Below the pieces are notes generated by a model that was not told the origin of the DNA, did no database searches, and saw only the letters and a list, made by a program, of their open reading frames with translations. A DNA stretch of 64,000 nucleotides from Patescibacteria group bacterium UBA6241 (GTDB lineage Bacteria > Patescibacteriota > Minisyncoccia > Phycocordibacterales > Phycocordibacteraceae), in the NCBI GenBank assembly GCA_002441425.1, contig DJWB01000001.1, positions 105,653 to 169,652 of the forward strand. The letters are read 5' to 3'. Both the position numbers and the translations under genes were made by a program. Shown piece after piece: positions 59,770-64,000 of the stretch. Each line of letters begins with the position of its first letter. The first letter of the stretch is position 1.

Positions 59770-60084
59770 ATGGACACTACAATGACACCACTAGAAAAGA
59801 TTATTGACGCGCTTGAGCTAGATCAGCTTCCGGCTGCAGAACAAGAAGAGATCATGAGCGATGTTGGATCTATTATCTTTCAGTCGTACATGATTAAGCT
59901 TATGCAGGTAATGGATCCTGCAACGAAGGAGCAATTTGGAAAGCTTGTTGAGGGAGACGCTTCTGAGGAGGAAGTAAGCGAGTTTGTATCAAAGAATGTT
60001 CCAGAATCTGGTGCACTCATTCAATCCACAATTGATGAAATGGTGGATGATATACTGGCTGTAACTGGCTCAGCGGCTGCATAA
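59770..60084 (+). CDS. small acidic hypothetical protein (DUF5663-like)
   Basis: 104 aa helical acidic protein. Confidence 0.65.
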   Translation: MDTTMTPLEKIIDALELDQLPAAEQEEIMSDVGSIIFQSYMIKLMQVMDPATKEQFGKLVEGDASEEEVSEFVSKNVPESGALIQSTIDEMVDDILAVTGSAAA

Positions 60085-60086
60085 AT

Positions 60087-60581
60087 ATGAACATAACTGG
60101 AACTGGAGTAGCGATTGCATTAGCGGTAGCGCTTGCGCTCGCATTTCTGCTTTATGGATCACAGATATACCAACCATTTACGCAGAATGTGCCAGAAGGA
60201 GCTATGTTAGACGTTAATGCAGAAAATATAAATACTATGAATCCAGAAGAATTGCCGACCGAACTTACCGTTGCTGACCTTGTTGAAGGAACAGGACCCG
60301 AAGCAAAAGCAGGAGATACAGTCTCAGTTAACTACGTAGGAGCACTTCCTGACGGAACTGTTTTTGATGCTTCAGCAAACCACGGAGGACCCTTTAGCTT
60401 TACGCTTGGAGGAGGACAAGTTATTTCCGGATGGGACCAAGGACTTGTTGGTATGAAAGTAGGAGGAAAGCGAAGTCTTATTATCCCGCCAGATATGGCA
60501 TATGGAAATCAGGCAGTTGGAGATGTTATTCCAGCGAACGCAACTCTTATATTTGAGGTTGAGCTTGTAGGAATTCAGTAA
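60087..60581 (+). CDS. FKBP-type peptidyl-prolyl isomerase
   Basis: VNYVG, FDAS, VISGWDQG, IPANATLIFEVEL. Confidence 0.95.
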   Translation: MNITGTGVAIALAVALALAFLLYGSQIYQPFTQNVPEGAMLDVNAENINTMNPEELPTELTVADLVEGTGPEAKAGDTVSVNYVGALPDGTVFDASANHGGPFSFTLGGGQVISGWDQGLVGMKVGGKRSLIIPPDMAYGNQAVGDVIPANATLIFEVELVGIQ

Positions 60582-60600
60582 ACCAAACTTGTAAGTAAAT

Positions 60601-60636
60601 GAAATCCCCCGGAGCCTTTCGGTCCCGGGGGTTTTC
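60601..60636. terminator. bidirectional terminator hairpin
   Basis: gaaatcccccgg...cccgggggttttc between convergent genes. Confidence 0.7.
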
Positions 60637-60658
60637 AATCTATTGGCGGCTGTAGTAT

Positions 60659-61300
60659 TTAGCCGCCGGGCATCATGGGCGTCGGACGACGCGATCCATC
60701 CGTGTTGGGGTTCGCGCCCCGCGACATCGGATCGGTCGGCGAACTGGTCGGACTCGGGAGCGTGGTGCGCCCGGAGCCCGTCCACGGGATGATGGCGATG
60801 CCTTGCAGCGCGCCGTCCCGTTCGCTCGCCATCCACGCGAAGGTGGCCGTGCAGTACGCCTGGGCGTACCGTTCGGCGGTGCGGTGCCGATCGTTGCCGT
60901 AGAAGGCTCCGGACCCGGCGCCCGATCCGGCTCCGTAGGCGAGGTAGTCGAGGACTTCCACACCCGCGAAGCCGAGTTCGGCGCCGGTGGCGACACCGAT
61001 CGCGGTGAAGATGGCGTTCTCGCCGCCGTTCTGCAGGATGCTCTGCAGACGGCCGGGAAGTTGGCCCTTCAGCTGCGTGCGGCACGCCTGGTCCAGCTCC
61101 AGAACCTGGTTGATCTCGGTCTGCGAGAAGCGCGCGGGAGTGGATCCCACGACGTCAGACAGGCCGGGATAGTGGACGAGAGCGTAAGCTCCGGAGAATC
61201 CGGTGTCCGCCGCTTGGTTGCCGCCGCAGGCCGCGAGGCTCATGGCGATGGCGGAAGCGAGGGCGATTCCCCCGATCCGCCGCTTGATCATGGTCTTCAT
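60659..61300 (-). CDS. GC-rich putative lipoprotein with glycine-zipper-like segment
   Basis: Lipobox LAAC, GAGSGAGSGA; GGAGGG RBS. Confidence 0.7.
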   Translation of the reverse strand: MKTMIKRRIGGIALASAIAMSLAACGGNQAADTGFSGAYALVHYPGLSDVVGSTPARFSQTEINQVLELDQACRTQLKGQLPGRLQSILQNGGENAIFTAIGVATGAELGFAGVEVLDYLAYGAGSGAGSGAFYGNDRHRTAERYAQAYCTATFAWMASERDGALQGIAIIPWTGSGRTTLPSPTSSPTDPMSRGANPNTDGSRRPTPMMPGG

Positions 61301-61458
61301 AGGGGTTTCCCCTCCAGAGAGATTGATGGGCAGCCCTTGCCGTATAGATTGGAAAGAACTGTATTTATAGTATATACCTTAAGATTGTCTGTTGTCAAGG
61401 GCTATCTAAGCCCATATTGCTTGCTCAAATAGCCTCTGGCCCGTACCGTAAGAGGTAC

Positions 61459-62682
61459 ATGCGGCCAATTAGTTTCAAGAAGGATTCAAATGAAGGCTCG
61501 GCAAGAGCCGGTATTCTTTCAACACCTCACGGAGATATTCAAACTCCGGCTTTTGTACCTGTGGGAACTAAGGCTGGAGTAAAAGGAATACTCCCCGAGC
61601 AGCTACATACGGTAGGAGCGCAAGTAGTTCTTGCGAATACGTACCACCTATATCTGCAGCCAGGAGAAGAGACAGTGAAGCAGGGTGGTGGCCTTGGAAA
61701 ATTCATGGGCTGGGAGGGACCAACCATGACAGACTCTGGAGGGTTCCAGGTCTTCTCTCTGGGTGCAGCATTCGGCAGAACTATAACTAAAATAGCCAAG
61801 GGAGAAGAGAACACGGAAATACAGGGAGTGTCTGTGTATGACGAAGATGTGCAGAGCCAGCATGGACAACTTGCAGTTATAGACGATCAGGGAGTTACCT
61901 TCACATCTCATCTTGATGGTTCGCTTCACCGGTTTACGCCTGAGCGATCAATAGAGATCCAGCATGCACTGGGTGCAGATATGTTCTTTGCATTTGATGA
62001 ATGCACATCGCCCACAGAGCCGTATGAGTATCAAAAGGAAGCAATGGATAGGACGCATCGGTGGGCAGAGCGATCTCTGAGAGCTCACAGACAGAACTTG
62101 TCTGCCAATAAGGCACAAGGAATTTTTGGAATAGTGCAGGGCGGAAGATATGAGGACCTAAGAACAGAAAGTGCGAAAGAGATTGCATCAATGGACTTTG
62201 ATGGGTTTGGCATTGGCGGGTCCTTTAGCAAAGAGGACATGATGGGTGCTTTGCAGGCAGCGGTAAGACATCTCCCTGAGGACAAGCCGAGGCACTTTTT
62301 AGGTATTGGAGAGCCAGGAGACCTTTTGCTTGGAATTGCTGAGGGTATGGATACCTTTGATTGCGTTGCGGCAACACGTCTTGGAAGACACGGAACTATA
62401 TATACAAAACGGGGCCCCGTACATTTGAAATCCGAGAAGCACAGAAGCGAACACGAGCCACTAGATTCAGAAACTGTTGTGTCAGGAACTGAGCTATTTA
62501 CACGTGCGTATGTTTCTCATCTCCTTCGCTCTGGAGAGATGTTGGGACAGATAATTGCCTCACAGCATAACCTTGGCTTCATTATTCAATTGGTAGACCA
62601 GGCAAGAGAGGCTATACGGGCTGGTAATTTTGACGAGTATCGGAGAAACTTCATATACACCTACTATGGCAAGTCCATTTAA
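61459..62682 (+). CDS. tgt: tRNA-guanine transglycosylase
   Basis: TPAFVPVGT, LANTYHL, TDSGGFQVFSL, GIVQGG, DTFDCV. Confidence 0.95.
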   Translation: MRPISFKKDSNEGSARAGILSTPHGDIQTPAFVPVGTKAGVKGILPEQLHTVGAQVVLANTYHLYLQPGEETVKQGGGLGKFMGWEGPTMTDSGGFQVFSLGAAFGRTITKIAKGEENTEIQGVSVYDEDVQSQHGQLAVIDDQGVTFTSHLDGSLHRFTPERSIEIQHALGADMFFAFDECTSPTEPYEYQKEAMDRTHRWAERSLRAHRQNLSANKAQGIFGIVQGGRYEDLRTESAKEIASMDFDGFGIGGSFSKEDMMGALQAAVRHLPEDKPRHFLGIGEPGDLLLGIAEGMDTFDCVAATRLGRHGTIYTKRGPVHLKSEKHRSEHEPLDSETVVSGTELFTRAYVSHLLRSGEMLGQIIASQHNLGFIIQLVDQAREAIRAGNFDEYRRNFIYTYYGKSI

Positions 62683-64000
62683 GATGCACAGTCCATTTCC
62701 TCCGGCAGGCGATCAGCCGAAGGCTATTGCCATGCTTACTGAAGGAATTGAGAAGGGATTGCATCACCAAACTCTGCTTGGTGTTACAGGTTCAGGAAAG
62801 ACGTATAGCATCGCGAACGTTATTCAGAACGTAGGGAAGCCAACACTCGTGCTCGCACATAACAAAACACTTGCTGCGCAGCTCGCTCAAGAGTACAAAG
62901 AATTCTTTCCTGAAAATGCAGTTCACTATTTTGTTTCGTACTACGATTACTATCAGCCAGAAGCGTATATTGCACATTCTGATACGTACATTGAGAAGGA
63001 GGCCCAGATCAACGCAGAGATAGATAGACTGCGACACGCAGCTACTCAAGCACTCCTTACAAGGAAAGATGTAATTATTGTTGCGTCTGTTTCAGCTATT
63101 TATGGTCTTGGTTCCCCTGCTGAATATGAAAAGAAACATGTGAAGCTTCTCGTTGGTGGAGAGGAGAATCGTGCTGCACTCATTCGCAAATTCATAGGTA
63201 TATATTTTGAGCGAACCAATGCGGATCTGGAACCTGGAAAGTTACGAGCCGTAGGAAATACAGTTGAACTCATGCCTGTAAATGAGCGAGTTATTTATCG
63301 CATTCTTTTTGATGACAACGTGATTTCCAAGATTGAGTGTCTTGATCCTGTATCTCGCGCGAAGACTGGAGAGCCAGACTCTCTCTTCGTATTCCCTGCA
63401 AAGCACTTTGTAACGAGCGAAGATGATCGCGCACGAGCTATAGAGGACATACAGAGAGAGTTGGATGAGCGCCTTGCGCAGTTAAAGAGAGAAGAAAAGA
63501 TTCTGGAGCATGAGCGCTTAAAGCGCCGTACTCAGCATGATCTCGCACTTATCAGAGAGATTGGATATACCACTGGTATTGAGAACTATTCTCGGCACTT
63601 TGATGGACGAGCTCCGGGGGAAGCGCCACATACGCTCCTTTCCTATTTCCCAAAGAAGAAGGATGGAACTCCAGATTTTCTTACGGTTATTGATGAGTCA
63701 CACGTAACAGTGACGCAAATCGGAGGAATGTATGCAGGGGATCGCTCTCGCAAGGATGTACTTGTAGAGCATGGATTCCGTCTGCCTTCTGCAAGGGATA
63801 ACCGTCCATTGCAGTTCGCTGAATTTGAAGAGCGAGTTGGACAAGTAATCTACACATCAGCGACTCCAGGAAAGTACGAAAAGGAGAAATCTGTTCCTCC
63901 AGACGGACAAGTAGCTGAACAGATTATTCGTCCAACTGGTCTTATTGATCCAGAGCTTGTTATTAAGCCAATTGTTGAGACAGCCACTAACAAAGGACAA
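62666..64000 (+). CDS. uvrB: excinuclease ABC subunit B (partial, runs off right edge)
   Basis: Manual translation: PAGDQP, LLGVTGSGKT, AHNKTLAAQL, YYDYYQPEAY, DESH, SATPG. Confidence 0.96.
   Translation, partial: MASPFKMHSPFPPAGDQPKAIAMLTEGIEKGLHHQTLLGVTGSGKTYSIANVIQNVGKPTLVLAHNKTLAAQLAQEYKEFFPENAVHYFVSYYDYYQPEAYIAHSDTYIEKEAQINAEIDRLRHAATQALLTRKDVIIVASVSAIYGLGSPAEYEKKHVKLLVGGEENRAALIRKFIGIYFERTNADLEPGKLRAVGNTVELMPVNERVIYRILFDDNVISKIECLDPVSRAKTGEPDSLFVFPAKHFVTSEDDRARAIEDIQRELDERLAQLKREEKILEHERLKRRTQHDLALIREIGYTTGIENYSRHFDGRAPGEAPHTLLSYFPKKKDGTPDFLTVIDESHVTVTQIGGMYAGDRSRKDVLVEHGFRLPSARDNRPLQFAEFEERVGQVIYTSATPGKYEKEKSVPPDGQVAEQIIRPTGLIDPELVIKPIVETATNKGQ

Noticed and set aside
60372-61432. Overlapping 237-aa, 209-aa and 107-aa ORFs
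   Set aside because: Alternative frames of GC-rich DNA; the 60659-61300 lipoprotein frame has the RBS and lipobox.

Overview
This window is a chromosome segment of a small-genome bacterium, very likely Patescibacteria/CPR (Parcubacteria-like). The inference rests on a short IF-2, a minimal DprA, CPR-type pilin-like proteins, a VirD4/HerA-like ATPase and mostly leaderless genes. It carries housekeeping genes (alr, rbfA, infB, clpB, rpmG, miaA, ahpC, parB, a RelA/SpoT homologue, topA, dprA, serS, dnaX, msrA, tgt, uvrB) and seven tRNAs. The standout is a ~9 kb array starting at the 3' end of tRNA-Gln(TTG), 26514-26584. Fourteen clear and two degenerate copies of a 27-bp direct repeat (GTTCCAACATCGTCCCAnACnnCCAGC) separate mostly single-gene, self-contained cassettes of about 0.3-0.9 kb. 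The repeat ends in the same CCAGC as the tRNA 3' end. On the minus strand it varies mostly at synonymous positions of a peptide L-[AG]-V-W-D-D-V-G-T followed by two hydrophobic residues. This suggests the attP arm and alternative C-terminus of a tRNA-targeting recombinase, that is, an integron-like, tRNA-anchored gene-capture array that is neither CRISPR nor attC. No recombinase gene is present in this window, so the mechanism is inferred. Other items are a RelE-HTH-third gene module beside tRNA-Trp, two pilin-like paralogues with different putative cell-wall hydrolase heads, a LAGLIDADG ORF whose frame runs through a tRNA-Leu, and isolated orphan genes sharing a boxA-like leader motif. All product calls come from motif recognition by eye, not database searches.
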